In this document: piece by piece, positions 1 to 10,459 of the stretch
How the letters are laid out: the number at the start of each line of letters is the position of its first letter
How positions within the stretch are numbered: the stretch's first letter is position 1
NCBI GenBank assembly: GCA_964291675.2
Contig: OZ219865.1
Coordinates: 1,024,001-1,088,000, forward strand
DNA: 64,000 nt
Direction: 5' to 3'
DNA from: Alphaproteobacteria bacterium
GTDB taxonomy: Bacteria; Pseudomonadota; Alphaproteobacteria; MPNO01
Notes under the pieces: generated by a model
Told to the model about the DNA's origin: nothing
The model's input: only the letters and a program-made list of their open reading frames with translations
Databases searched by the model: none
Made by a program: the position numbers and the translations under genes

Positions 1-1
1 G

Positions 2-646
2 CGGGTGATCGCCATCGAGCGGGACCCGCGCTGCGTCGACGCCCTGTCGGACCTCGCCGGGCGCTACGGCGGCCGGCTCCGCATCGTCGCGGGCGACGCG
101 CTCGAAATCGACATCGCCGGGCTCGCCGCGGGGGGCCGGGTCGCGATCGTCGCCAACCTGCCCTACAACGTCGCCACGCCGCTGCTGATCGGCTGGCTGC
201 GCCGCATCGAATCGATCGCGGCGATGACGCTGATGTTCCAGAAGGAGGTAGCCGAGCGCATCGCCGCCGCCCCGGGCAGCGCGGCCTATGGCCGCCTCGC
301 GGTGGTCTGCCAGTGGCTCTGCGAGGCAAGGCGGGCGTTCGACGTGGCGCCCGCCGCCTTCGTGCCGCCGCCCAGGGTCACGTCCAGCGTGGTTCGCCTG
401 CTGCCCCGCGCTGCGCCGCTCGCCGCCGCCGGGATGGCCGATCTGGAGGCGGTCACGGCGGCCGCGTTCGGGCGCCGGCGCAAGATGCTGCGCTCGGCGC
501 TGGGCGGGCTGGTGGACGACCCGCTGGCGCTGTTGTCGGAGGCGGGGATCGAGGCGACCGCCCGCGCCGAGACGCTGGCGCCCGAGGCGTTCTGCGCGCT
601 CGCCCGCGCGCTCGCGCGGATCAGAGACCCTCGTTCAGCCGCTTGA
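2..646 (+). CDS. rsmA: 16S rRNA m6,2A dimethyltransferase KsgA/RsmA (5'-truncated by window edge)
   Basis: Motifs ANLPYNVATPLL, MFQKEVAERI, AFVPPPRVTS and FGRRRKMLR; convergent with gmk as in alphaproteobacteria. Confidence 0.95.
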   Translation, partial: RVIAIERDPRCVDALSDLAGRYGGRLRIVAGDALEIDIAGLAAGGRVAIVANLPYNVATPLLIGWLRRIESIAAMTLMFQKEVAERIAAAPGSAAYGRLAVVCQWLCEARRAFDVAPAAFVPPPRVTSSVVRLLPRAAPLAAAGMADLEAVTAAAFGRRRKMLRSALGGLVDDPLALLSEAGIEATARAETLAPEAFCALARALARIRDPRSAA

Positions 647-1259
647 CGAGATCGGGAAGGCCGATCTGCCGCTCCCGGCGCAGCCGCTCGGTCCTGAGAA
701 TCGCGCGGACATCGGCCACGCTCTCCTCGATGTCGCGATTGACGACCACATAGTCGAATTCTTCCCAATGGGCGATTTCGTCCGGCGCCTTCGCCATGCG
801 CCGGGCCACCACGTCGTCCGGGTCCTGGGCGCGCCGCCTGAGCCGCGCGTGCAGCTCGTCGGCCGAGGGCGGCAGGATGAAGATCCGAACCAGGTCGCGC
901 GGCGCCTTCTCGGAGAGCTGGCGCGCGCCCTGCCAGTCTATGTCGAACAGGACGTCCCGCCCCTCGTCGAGCGCCCTCTCGACCGGCTCGCGCGGGGTGC
1001 CGTAGTCGTGCCCGAACACCTGGGCGTGCTCGAACAGCTCGTCGGCCGCGCGCATCTTCTCGAACGCCTTGGGGCCGACGAACCAGTAATCGCGCCCGTG
1101 GATCTCGTCGGGGCGCTTGGGGCGCGTGGTCATCGAGATCGACAGCTCGAGGCCGGTATCGGCCTCCAGCAGCAGCCGCGAGATCGTGGTCTTGCCCGCC
1201 CCCGACGGCGAGGACAGGACCAGCATGAGCCCGCGGCGGCGAATCCCGTTCCCGCCCAT
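621..1259 (-). CDS. gmk: guanylate kinase
   Basis: RRGLMLVLSSPSGAGKTT P-loop, SISMTTRPKRP, FDIDWQGA; ATG at 1259 inside ORF 621..1868. Confidence 0.96.
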   Translation of the reverse strand: MGGNGIRRRGLMLVLSSPSGAGKTTISRLLLEADTGLELSISMTTRPKRPDEIHGRDYWFVGPKAFEKMRAADELFEHAQVFGHDYGTPREPVERALDEGRDVLFDIDWQGARQLSEKAPRDLVRIFILPPSADELHARLRRRAQDPDDVVARRMAKAPDEIAHWEEFDYVVVNRDIEESVADVRAILRTERLRRERQIGLPDLVKRLNEGL

Positions 1260-1261
1260 CT

Positions 1262-2146
1262 CTATTCGAGGTTCTGGACCTGTTCGCGGAGCCCCTCGAC
1301 CGCCGCCTTGAGATCGAGGCCGATCTGCGTCAGGGCGAGATCGGTCGATTTCGAGCACAGCGTGTTGGCTTCGCGGTTGAATTCCTGGCACAGGAAATCG
1401 AGCCGCCGGCCGACCGGCCCGCCTTCGGCCAGCAGCGCCCGCGCCGCCGCCACGTGCCCGACCAGCCGGTCGATCTCCTCGCCCATGTCGGCGCGCGCGG
1501 CGAGATAGGCGACCTCCTGCGCCAGCCGGTCCTCGGCGAGCGGCGGGTTGGAGTCGAGCAGCGCCGCGACCTGCTCGCGCACCCGGTCGCGGATCCGCCC
1601 GGGCTGCAGCGCGGCGGTGGACGCGGCCTCGGCGGCGAGCGCGCCGATCCGGTCGAGATGGCGCGCCAGCACCGCCCCGATGCGGCAACCCTCCTCGCCG
1701 CGGGCGCCGGCAAGCGCGTCGAGCGCGGTCTCCAGGGTGGCCGCCAGGGCGTCGTGGCGGGCCTGGCGCTCGGCGTCGGACTCGTCGGCCTCCACCCGTT
1801 CCAGCACCCCGGGCAAGGCCATCAGCGCCTCGATCTGCGCGGGCGGCGCGCCGAGCCGGTCCCGCCACGACCGGTGGATCGCCGCGAGCCGCTCCAGCAC
1901 CGCCTCGTTGACCCGGATGTCGGGGCTGCTCTCGACCTGCTTGATCGACAGATGGAGAGACAGCGAGCCGCGGCTGAACCGCTCGGCCGCGAGGCCGCGC
2001 GCCCTGGGCTCCAGCGCGTCATGGCCGTGCGGCAGGCGAAGGCGGATATCGAGGTTGCGGGCGTTGACGCTTCTCGCCTCCCAGGCCCAGCTCGCGCCGT
2101 CCGGGCCGCCCTCGGCCCGGGCGAAACCGGTCATGCTCTGGAGCAT
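1262..2146 (-). CDS. yicC: YicC/YloC family endoribonuclease
   Basis: N-terminal SMTGFAR and C-terminal GRRLDFLCQEFNREANTLCSKS...REQVQNLE; alternative start at 2200. Confidence 0.93.
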   Translation of the reverse strand: MLQSMTGFARAEGGPDGASWAWEARSVNARNLDIRLRLPHGHDALEPRARGLAAERFSRGSLSLHLSIKQVESSPDIRVNEAVLERLAAIHRSWRDRLGAPPAQIEALMALPGVLERVEADESDAERQARHDALAATLETALDALAGARGEEGCRIGAVLARHLDRIGALAAEAASTAALQPGRIRDRVREQVAALLDSNPPLAEDRLAQEVAYLAARADMGEEIDRLVGHVAAARALLAEGGPVGRRLDFLCQEFNREANTLCSKSTDLALTQIGLDLKAAVEGLREQVQNLE

Positions 2147-2374
2147 GGCGGCCGGTTCGGCTACTCCCTCGGCAATTCCGGTCGCTTGGGCCTCGGCCAT
2201 GTCCGCTTCGCGCTGTCCGTGGCTTGGCGCGGCGGGAAACCCCGCCCGCCTCGCGGCGAGATTTCTATAGTACAGATCGCCGATGCCGCAAACGAATCGG
2301 GCGGCCGGGAATTCGGCTCGCCTCCCCTCCCGGCGGGGCGTAGATTCCGGGACCGGCGTCGATGGGGAGCCCCG

Positions 2375-3736
2375 ATGGATCCGATGATTGCAGCGCTGAT
2401 CGGTCTCGCGGCGGGCGCGGCCATCGTCTGGCTGGCGCGGCGCGGCGAGATCGGGCGCCTCGCCGCCGCGCGCGACGCGGAACGGAAGCGGGCGGACTCG
2501 GCGTCGAGCGATCTCGCGACCGAGCGCGCGGCGCTCGCGGCCAGCCGCGCCAGGCTCGAAGAGGTCGAGCGCGCGCACAGCCAAAGGACCGCCTCCCTCG
2601 AACGGGTCCGCGGCGACATCGAGAAGGAGCTCAAGGCGCTCGCCCAGCAGGCGCTCAAGGACAACCAGACCTCCTTCCTCGGCATCGCCAACGAGGTGTT
2701 CGACAAGCACCGCGAGCGCGTCGACGGCGAGCTCAAGCCGATCCGGACCGCGCTCGCCGAGTGGCGCAAGAACCTGGAAGAGATCGAACGGACCCGCAGG
2801 GAGCATTACGGCAGCCTCACCGCCGAGCTCAAGAACGTCGTGGACGGCCAGGAGCGGGTCCGGGGCGAGGCGTCGCGGCTGGTCCACGCGCTGCGCGCGG
2901 CGCCCAAGACCCGCGGGCGCTGGGGCGAGGAGACGCTGAAGAACGTGCTCGAGCTGTCCGGCATGACCGAGCATTGCGACTTCGTCCGCGAGCAGTCGCT
3001 GAACGAGGAATCCGGCGTCCTGCGCCCGGACGTGATCATCCGCCTGCCCGGCGAGCGCTACATGGTGGTCGACGCCAAGACCTCGCTCGCCGCCTATCTG
3101 GACGCCGTGGAAGCCGACGACGAGGCCGAGCGCGAGGCGCATCTGGAACGGCACGGCCAGCAGCTCCGCACCCATATGCGCCGCCTCGGCGAGAAGGCGT
3201 ACTGGGAGGCGTGCCGGCGCGCGCACAAGGTCACCCCGGACTTCGTGGTGATGTTCGTCCCGGGCGACAACTTTTATGCCGCGGCGATCGAGCGCGATCC
3301 GGGGCTCTATGACGACGCGCTCAAGTCCAACGTGCTCATCGTCACGCCCACGGTGATGCTCGGCCTCGCCAAGGCGGTGGCGTTCGGCTGGCGCCAGGAG
3401 AAGGTCGCGGACAACGCCCGGGAGGTCGCCAGGTTGGGCCAGGTGCTGTACCAGCGGATGAGCACGATGGGCGGCCACATCGTCGAGCTGGGGCGGGACA
3501 TCGCGCGCTCGGTCGGCAGCTACAACGAGTTCGTCGGCAGCCTGGAGTCGCGGGTGATGCCGCAGGCGCGCCGCTTCTCGGAGCTGGAGGTCGAGGGGGC
3601 GTCGCACCCGCTGGCCGAGGCGCAGCCGATCGACACCGACATCCGAATGCCGCGCGCGGATCGCGACCTCGCAATCGGGGCATCGCCGGAGCCGGCGGCG
3701 GAGCCGCGCCCGCCGATCGGGCCGGCCGCGGAGTAG
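2375..3736 (+). CDS. rmuC: DNA recombination protein RmuC
   Basis: N-terminal TM helix, coiled coil, RGRWGE, RPDVIIRLP, VDAK, PDFVVMFVP. Confidence 0.93.
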   Translation: MDPMIAALIGLAAGAAIVWLARRGEIGRLAAARDAERKRADSASSDLATERAALAASRARLEEVERAHSQRTASLERVRGDIEKELKALAQQALKDNQTSFLGIANEVFDKHRERVDGELKPIRTALAEWRKNLEEIERTRREHYGSLTAELKNVVDGQERVRGEASRLVHALRAAPKTRGRWGEETLKNVLELSGMTEHCDFVREQSLNEESGVLRPDVIIRLPGERYMVVDAKTSLAAYLDAVEADDEAEREAHLERHGQQLRTHMRRLGEKAYWEACRRAHKVTPDFVVMFVPGDNFYAAAIERDPGLYDDALKSNVLIVTPTVMLGLAKAVAFGWRQEKVADNAREVARLGQVLYQRMSTMGGHIVELGRDIARSVGSYNEFVGSLESRVMPQARRFSELEVEGASHPLAEAQPIDTDIRMPRADRDLAIGASPEPAAEPRPPIGPAAE

Positions 3737-3807
3737 CCACGCTCGCGGTTCGGCCGGGCGGCGGCGTAGTCACGCTTGCGGTTCAGCCCGGCGGCGGCGT
3801 AGCCGCG
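3733..3807. repeat. 33-bp imperfect tandem repeat (about 2.3 copies) at the rmuC/mltG convergent junction
   Basis: GTAGCCACGCTCGCGGTTCGGCCGGGCGGCGGC (3733), GTAGTCACGCTTGCGGTTCAGCCCGGCGGCGGC (3766), GTAGCCGCG (3799). Confidence 0.8.
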
Positions 3808-4811
3808 CCCGGAGATTTCGGCGGCTTTTCCCTGCGCTCGCGCTCGATTCGCCGCCAGCGGGCGACGTTGCGGCGGTGCTCCGAGAGCGTGCGGGCGAAG
3901 ACGTGCCCGCCGCTGCCGTCGGCGACGAAATAGAGCTCGTCCGTCTCCGCCGGGTGCAGCGCCGCCTCGATCGAGGCGCGGCCCGGGTTGGCGATCGGCC
4001 CGGGCGGCAGGCCGTTCACCCGGTAGGTGTTGTAGGGCGAGTCGACGCGGAGGTCGGCCCGGCCGAGCGGCCGGCCGAGCGGCGCCCTGCCCCGGGTCAG
4101 GGCATAGGCCACCGTGGGGTCCGATTGCAGGCGCATGCCGCGGCGCAGCCGGTTGTGGAACACCGCCGAGACGCGCGCCCGCTCGTCCGGGCGCGCGGTC
4201 TCGCGTTCGACGATCGAGGCCAGCACCAGGGCCTGTTCCGGGCTTTCGAGCGCGAGCCCGGGCGCGCGCTTCCCCCACAGCGAGCGCAGCGTCTCGCGCA
4301 TCGAATCGCGCATCCGCCGGATGAGCGCCGCGCGGCTGTCGCCGAGCGAGAAGAAATAGGTTTCCGGCAGCAGCGAGCCTTCGGGAACGTCGTCCGGGAG
4401 GTCGCCGGCGAGCCCGGCATCGGCGGCGACGAGAGCGAACGCCTGGCTCACGGTGAGCCCCTCGGCGACGGTGAGCCTGCGCTTGACCGTCTCGCCGCGC
4501 GCCAGCAGCGCGATCGCCCGGTCCATCGAGATGCCGGCCGGGAAGCGGTACTCGCCCGCGCGCATCGCCCGGCCGCGCCCGGTCAGCCGGGCGCCGGCGG
4601 CGAACAGGAACCGGTCGCCGACGACCCCGCTCGCATGCAGCATCGCCGCGATGCGCTCGACGCCCGCGCCCTTCTCGATGACCACCGTCCCGGCGGCGGC
4701 GAGCGGCCCCGGCCCGGTGAACGCGACATGCGCGCGCCAGGCGAAGACGAGCAGGAACAGGGCCGCCCCGAGCGCGCCGAACACAGCCGCGTGGAGGACA
4801 AGCCGAAACAT
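3783..4811 (-). CDS. mltG: endolytic transglycosylase MltG
   Basis: EGSLLPETY, LASIVERET, LQSDPTVAY, SPYNTY..GLPPGPIANPG. Confidence 0.95.
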   Translation of the reverse strand: MFRLVLHAAVFGALGAALFLLVFAWRAHVAFTGPGPLAAAGTVVIEKGAGVERIAAMLHASGVVGDRFLFAAGARLTGRGRAMRAGEYRFPAGISMDRAIALLARGETVKRRLTVAEGLTVSQAFALVAADAGLAGDLPDDVPEGSLLPETYFFSLGDSRAALIRRMRDSMRETLRSLWGKRAPGLALESPEQALVLASIVERETARPDERARVSAVFHNRLRRGMRLQSDPTVAYALTRGRAPLGRPLGRADLRVDSPYNTYRVNGLPPGPIANPGRASIEAALHPAETDELYFVADGSGGHVFARTLSEHRRNVARWRRIERERREKPPKSPGAATPPPG

Positions 4812-4827
4812 CGGCGCCGCCGCCGGA

Positions 4828-6090
4828 TCAGGGCGGCGAGGCGAAGATCAGGGAGGCGTTCGTGCCGCCGAAGCCGAAGGAGTTGGACAGCGCGTTGCGG
4901 ACCGGGCGTTCCCGGGCCTCTTTCGGCACGAGGTCGAGGTCGCAGCCCTCCGAGGGGTTGTCGAGATTCAGCGTGGGCGGGACCACGCCGTCATTGACCG
5001 CCATGATGGAAAAGATCGCCTCGACGCTGCCGGCGGCGCCGAGCAGGTGGCCGATCGCCGACTTGGTCGACGACATCGAGAGCGCATGGGCGTCCTCGCC
5101 GAACACCCGCTTCACCGCGCCGAGCTCGATCTCGTCGCCGAGCGGCGTCGAGGTGCCGTGCGCGTTGATGTAGTCGATCTCGTCGGTGTTGAGCCGCGCC
5201 CGCTTGAGAGCCGCCATCATCGAACGGTAGCCGCCGTTCCCGTCCTCCGGCGGCGAGGTGATGTGGTGCGCGTCGCCCGACATGCCGTAGCCCACGACCT
5301 CGCCGTAGATCCTGGCGCCGCGCCGCCTGGCATGCTCGATCTCTTCCAGCACGACGATGCCGGCGCCCTCGCCCATCACGAAGCCGTCGCGGTCGCGGTC
5401 CCACGGTCTGGAGGCGCGTTCGGGGGTATCGTTGAAACCGGTCGACAGCGCCCGCGCCGACGCGAAGCCGGCGATGCCGATCCGGCACACCGCCGCCTCG
5501 GCGCCGCCGGCGACCATCACGTCGGCATCGTCGAGCATGATCATCCGCGCGGCATCGCCGATCGCATGCGCCCCGGTCGCGCAGGCGGTCACCACGGAGT
5601 GGTTGGGACCCTTGAAGCCGTAGCGGATCGAGACCTGTCCGGAAGCCAGGTTGATCAGGCTGGCCGGGATGAAGAACGGCGTCACCCGGCGCGGGCCGCG
5701 CCGGTCCATCGTCAACGACCCGTCGAAGATGACCTTGAGGCCGCCGATCCCGGAGCCGATCAGCACGCCCGTCCTCTCGCGGTCCTCTTCCCGTTCCGGC
5801 GTCCAGCCCGAGTCGTCGACCGCCTCGGCCGCGGCGCCGAGCGTGTAGACGATGAAGTCGTCCATCTTGCGCCGGTCCTTGGCGGTCGAGACCGTGTCGG
5901 GGTCGAACCGCCCGTCCTCCCCGTTGCCGAGCGGAACGGTGCCGGCGATCTTGCAGGGCAGGTCGGAGACATCGAAGGCCCGCACCGCCCCGATGCCCGA
6001 TTCGCCGTTTATCAGGCGGGTCCAGACATGCCCGACCCCCGCCCCCAGCGGGGTCACCAGTCCTAGTCCGGTGATGACTACGCGTCTCAT
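4828..6090 (-). CDS. fabF: 3-oxoacyl-ACP synthase II
   Basis: MRRVVITGLG, TACATG, NAHGTST, GHLLGAAG, NSFGFGGTN. Confidence 0.97.
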   Translation of the reverse strand: MRRVVITGLGLVTPLGAGVGHVWTRLINGESGIGAVRAFDVSDLPCKIAGTVPLGNGEDGRFDPDTVSTAKDRRKMDDFIVYTLGAAAEAVDDSGWTPEREEDRERTGVLIGSGIGGLKVIFDGSLTMDRRGPRRVTPFFIPASLINLASGQVSIRYGFKGPNHSVVTACATGAHAIGDAARMIMLDDADVMVAGGAEAAVCRIGIAGFASARALSTGFNDTPERASRPWDRDRDGFVMGEGAGIVVLEEIEHARRRGARIYGEVVGYGMSGDAHHITSPPEDGNGGYRSMMAALKRARLNTDEIDYINAHGTSTPLGDEIELGAVKRVFGEDAHALSMSSTKSAIGHLLGAAGSVEAIFSIMAVNDGVVPPTLNLDNPSEGCDLDLVPKEARERPVRNALSNSFGFGGTNASLIFASPP

Positions 6091-6144
6091 CGCCGCATCG
6101 GCCGCTCTTGCTTCATCGCCGGCCGAGCGCTGCCGCAGGCGGGC

Positions 6145-6384
6145 TCAAGCGTTCGCGTTTTCTTCGATGAAGTTGATCGCATCCTTGACAGTCAGAATCT
6201 TCTCCGCCGCGTCGTCCGGTATCTCGCAGCCGAACTCCTCCTCGAACGCCATCACCAGTTCGACGGTGTCGAGGCTGTCGGCGCCGAGGTCGTCGATGAA
6301 GCTCGCATTGTCGGTGACCTTGGCCTCGTCGACGCCAAGGTGCTCGACCACGATCTTCTTTACACGGTTGGAGGTGTCGCTCAT
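6145..6384 (-). CDS. acpP: acyl carrier protein
   Basis: [22 protein letters not shown] phosphopantetheine motif; ATG at 6384. Confidence 0.97.
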   Translation of the reverse strand: MSDTSNRVKKIVVEHLGVDEAKVTDNASFIDDLGADSLDTVELVMAFEEEFGCEIPDDAAEKILTVKDAINFIEENANA

Positions 6385-6521
6385 GTCAGGGTTCCTCGGT
6401 GTGGTAGACGCCGGACCCGACACGGGGGAGGGACCGACGCGATACTTGGCCGCACGGTGAGGGCCGATACCTATCACAGTCGCTATGCACTTGCCAGCGC
6501 GGGGCCGAACCCGGCCGCCCC

Positions 6522-7259
6522 CTACAGCATCGCCATGCCGCCATTGACGCTGATCGTCTGCCCGGTGACGTAGGCCGCCTCGTCGCTCGCCAGGAACACC
6601 ACGCAGGCGGCGACATCCTCGGGCGTGCCGAGACGCCCGGCCGGTATCCGCTCGGCCAGCCGCGCGGTCTGCTCGTCGCCCAGCGCGCGGGTCATCGCGG
6701 TGTCGATGAAGCCGGGCGCGACGCAGTTTACGGTGACGTTGCGCGCCGCGACCTCGGCGGCGAGCGCCTTGCTCATCCCGGTCATGCCGGCCTTGGCGGC
6801 GGCGTAGTTGGCCTGGCCGGGGTTGCCGGTCTGGCCGACGATCGAGGTGATGGCGACGATCCGGCCCCAGCGCGCGCGCATCATGCCGCGCAGCGCCGCG
6901 CGGGCGAGCCTGAACCCGGCGGTGAGGTTGACGTCGAGCACGCCGCGCCAGTCCTCGTCGCGCATCCTGAGCGCCAGGCTGTCGCGCGCGAGCCCCGCGT
7001 TGTTGACCAGGATGTCGATCCCGCCCATCGCGTCCGCCGCCGCCTTGACGAGGCCGTCGGTCGCGTCCGCGTCGGCGAGGTCGGCGATCAGCGCGTGGGC
7101 GCGTTCGCCGAGCGCGGCGGCGCGTTCCTCCAGCGCCGCGCGGTTGCGCCCGGCCAGCGCCACCGTCGCCCCCTGGCGGTGCAGCGCCGATGCGACCGCG
7201 CCGCCGATTCCACCCGACGCCCCGGTGATCAGCGCGCGCCTGTTTGCCAGATCGAACAT
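6522..7259 (-). CDS. fabG: 3-oxoacyl-ACP reductase
   Basis: [24 protein letters not shown]; position in the fab cluster. Confidence 0.96.
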   Translation of the reverse strand: MFDLANRRALITGASGGIGGAVASALHRQGATVALAGRNRAALEERAAALGERAHALIADLADADATDGLVKAAADAMGGIDILVNNAGLARDSLALRMRDEDWRGVLDVNLTAGFRLARAALRGMMRARWGRIVAITSIVGQTGNPGQANYAAAKAGMTGMSKALAAEVAARNVTVNCVAPGFIDTAMTRALGDEQTARLAERIPAGRLGTPEDVAACVVFLASDEAAYVTGQTISVNGGMAML

Positions 7260-7278
7260 GGTCCTGAGCCTGCGATTG

Positions 7279-8216
7279 TCAGAGCTTCAACAGCGCCTCG
7301 AGGTCGTCGGGGCTCTGCACGGAGAGCGCGCCGAGATCCGGGTCGATGCGCCGCGCGAGCCCGGTGAGCACCTTCCGGCGCCGAGCTCGACCAGCGTCTC
7401 GACCCCGGCATCGCGCATCGCCAGCACGCATTCGCGCCAGCGCACGCGGCCGGTCACCTGGGCGACCAGCAGCTCGCGGATCTCGTCGGGGTCGGAGACC
7501 GGCTCGGCGGAGACGTTCGCCACCAGCGCGGGCTCGGGCGGGCTCACCTCGGTCGCCGCGAGCGCCTCCTCCATCGCCTCGGCCGCCGGCCGCAACAGCC
7601 GGCAGTGGAACGGCGCCGAGACCGGCAGCATGACCGCCCGCCGGATGCCGCGCTCCCTGGCGAGCGCCACCGCGCGCTCCACCGCCTCGGCATCGCCCGA
7701 CAGCACCACCTGGCCGGGCGCGTTGTCGTTGGCGATGTCGCAGACCTGGCTCTCGGCCGCATCGGCGGCGATCTCGCCCGCCTGTTCGAGCGTGGCGCCG
7801 AGCAGGGCCGCCATCGCGCCCGCGCCGACCGGCACCGCCGCCTGCATCGCCCTGCCGCGGGTCTTCAGGAGCCTGGCCGCATCCGGCAGGGAGAAGCTGC
7901 CCGCGGCGGCGAGCGCGGCGTATTCGCCGAGCGAATGGCCGGCGACGCGGATCACCCGCCCGGCCATGTCGAACTCCGTCTCCCGGGCCAGCACCCGGAG
8001 CACGGCGATGCTGACCGCCATCAGGGCGGGCTGCGCGTTCTCGGTCAGCCTGAGATCCTCTTCCGGGCCGTGGCGGACGATGCGCGACAGGTTCTGCCCG
8101 AGCGCGTCGTCGACCTCTTCCAGGGTCTCCCTGGCGACCGGAAAGGCGGCGAGGAACGCCTCTCCCATGCCCACCGCCTGGGAGCCCTGCCCGGGAAAGA
8201 CAAAGGCGATCGTCAT
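7279..8216 (-). CDS. fabD: malonyl-CoA-ACP transacylase, with an apparent 1-nt deletion near 7373
   Basis: FVFPGQGSQ, GHSLGEY, SAPFHC; after ELGAG the expected KVLTGLARRIDPDL...EALLKL* continues in another frame ending at TGA 7279. Confidence 0.93.
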
Positions 8217-8479
8217 TCGCGTCCCGCTGAAGCCCGCAGGGGAGAGCCGGCGGGGGCCGGCGGCGACAACAGACATCGGCCCCTTCGTCCTGTCAAGCCG
8301 GGCGCCCGCCGGGGCGGCACTCGGTCAAGGTTGCAAATGCCCTGTCAATGTGCCACCGTTTGAATGCCGCCCGCCAAAATTATCATGGCGGGCGGGCGAA
8401 CGGGGGCTCCAGACCCCCGCGGCAATGCCACGCGGCAAGGAGGCTACAAAGACAAGATAATCGAAGAACGGAGGAAGCC

Positions 8480-9718
8480 ATGGCTAATACTGTGTTTCGG
8501 GCAGAAATGGACAAATGGCCCGAGGACCAAGCAGTAAAAACTCATAATCGCTGGCATCCCGATATCCCGATAGTGGAGAACTTCAAGCCCGGCGACGAGT
8601 TCCGGGTCGAGTGCTACGACTGGACCGGCGGGCAGATCAACAACGACGAATCTGCCAACGACATCCGCGATGTCGATCTTTCGAAAGTGCACTATTTGAG
8701 CGGACCGTTCGGCGTCGAAGGCGCCGAGCCGGGCGATCTGTTGGTGGTCGACATCAACGACATCGGCTGGCTGGAAGACTCGAAATGGGGCTTTACCGGG
8801 ATCTTCGCGCTGGAGAACGGCGGCGGGTTCCTGGACAGGCATTTCCCCGATGCGCGCAAGGCGTGCTGGGACTTCCACGGCATCTATACGACATCGCGCC
8901 ACATTCCCGGCGTGCGCTTCCCGGGGCTTATCCATCCCGGGCTGATCGGCACATTGCCCGACGCCGATCTGCTGAAGCGCTGGAACGATCGGGAATCGGC
9001 CCTGTTCAACACCGATCCGGACCGTGTGCCGCCTCTGGCCACCCTGCCGGACGGGCTGGCCGGGACGACCACGGCGCTGATGGGCCAGATGTCCGGCGAT
9101 GCCGGGCGCGCGGCAGGGCAGGAAGGCGCCCGCACGGTGCCGGGACGCGAGCATGGCGGGAACTGCGACATCAAGAACCTGTCGCGCGGTTCCACCTGCT
9201 ACTTCCCGGTCTTCATGCCGGGCGGCGGGCTGTCGATGGGCGACATCCACTGGTCGCAGGGGGATGGCGAGATCACCTTCTGCGGCGCCATCGAGATGGC
9301 CGGGTGGATCGACATCGGCGTCGACGTCATCAAGGGCGGGGTGGAGAAGTACGGGATCACCAACCCGGTCTTCAAGCCGAGCCCGATCGAGCCCCATTAC
9401 TCGGAGTATCTGATCTTCGAGGGGGTCTGCGTCGACGAGCATGACGGCTCGCAGAAATACCTGGATGCGACGGTTGCGTACCGGCGTGCCTGCCTGAACG
9501 CGGTCGAATATCTCAAGAAGTTCGGCTATTCGGGCGAGCAGGCCTACATGATCCTCGGCACCGCGCCGGTCGAAGGCCGGGTCAGCGGGATCGTGGACAT
9601 CCCCAACGCGTGCTGCACGGTTGCGGTTCCGACCGAGATCTTCGACTTCGAGATCCGGCCGAACGCTTCCGGACCGACCGTCCAGGTGAGTGGCGTAGAC
9701 GTAACGTCCTGCAGCTGA
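8480..9718 (+). CDS. fmdA: formamidase (acetamidase/formamidase family)
   Basis: HNRWHPDIP, ECYDWTGGQI, REHGGNCDIKNLSRGS, SQGDGEITFCGAIEMAG; RBS GGAGG. Confidence 0.93.
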   Translation: MANTVFRAEMDKWPEDQAVKTHNRWHPDIPIVENFKPGDEFRVECYDWTGGQINNDESANDIRDVDLSKVHYLSGPFGVEGAEPGDLLVVDINDIGWLEDSKWGFTGIFALENGGGFLDRHFPDARKACWDFHGIYTTSRHIPGVRFPGLIHPGLIGTLPDADLLKRWNDRESALFNTDPDRVPPLATLPDGLAGTTTALMGQMSGDAGRAAGQEGARTVPGREHGGNCDIKNLSRGSTCYFPVFMPGGGLSMGDIHWSQGDGEITFCGAIEMAGWIDIGVDVIKGGVEKYGITNPVFKPSPIEPHYSEYLIFEGVCVDEHDGSQKYLDATVAYRRACLNAVEYLKKFGYSGEQAYMILGTAPVEGRVSGIVDIPNACCTVAVPTEIFDFEIRPNASGPTVQVSGVDVTSCS

Positions 9719-9879
9719 TCGATGCGCGGCGGGGGCGGGGCGGCGATCGCCCCGCCGCCGCTTTGCATCCGGAGCCGCAGACGATGACCGGCAGGGGTTC
9801 GCGCGGCGCAGCCCATCGTCGCGCGCCCGCGTCGATACCGGTGTCTCTGCGGATGGACTGAAACGCGGAGATCACGAAA

Positions 9880-10392
9880 ATGCTCGGACTTGCACTGCTA
9901 TGGGTCGGAGCCGTTCTGTTCCTGAACGGGCTCTGGCTGCTGGGCCGGATCGGCGATCGCGAGATCGCCATCATCAACATCTTTTCCGGCCTTGTGACGG
10001 CGGCCGTGGCCGCATATCTGGCTTTCGGGCCCGGTGCCGACGACCAATCGATCAGGGCCGCGGCGCTGACGCTGCTCTTCAGCTTCACCTATCTGTGGGT
10101 GGCCTATAACCGGTTCCAGGACGTCGACGGGCGCGGCCTCGGCTGGTACAGCCTGTTCGTCTCCATCACCGTCGTCCCGGTGGCCGTGGTGCAGTTCATG
10201 GCCGCGACCTCGGCGCTGGGATGGTGGCTGGGCGTGTGCTGGGCCGCGTGGGCGGTACTGTGGTTCATGTTCTTCCTGTTGCTGGCGATGCAGAAACCGA
10301 TCGTCAAGGCGACGGGAGCCATGACCTCGATACAGGGCGTGCTGACCGCCTGGCTGCCCGGCTACCTGATACTGGAAGGCTGGCTCGTCTAG
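9880..10392 (+). CDS. AmiS/UreI family amide/urea channel
   Basis: MLGLALLWVGAVLFLNGL, LLFSFTYLWV, DGRGLGWYSLFV; six hydrophobic helices. Confidence 0.9.
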   Translation: MLGLALLWVGAVLFLNGLWLLGRIGDREIAIINIFSGLVTAAVAAYLAFGPGADDQSIRAAALTLLFSFTYLWVAYNRFQDVDGRGLGWYSLFVSITVVPVAVVQFMAATSALGWWLGVCWAAWAVLWFMFFLLLAMQKPIVKATGAMTSIQGVLTAWLPGYLILEGWLV

Positions 10393-10459
10393 CCGGACGA
10401 TGCCGTCCGGCTCCGCACGGGGCCGGGCGGTATCGGGCCGCACCAGGGAGGAGAGCGCG

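Noticed and set aside
3733-3807. 33-bp repeat as a mini CRISPR array
   Set aside because: The units are directly adjacent with no spacers, and there are no cas genes.
9726-9764. GC hairpin after fmdA as a novel RNA
   Set aside because: It is most simply an intra-operon terminator or mRNA-stabilising stem with a short T tract.
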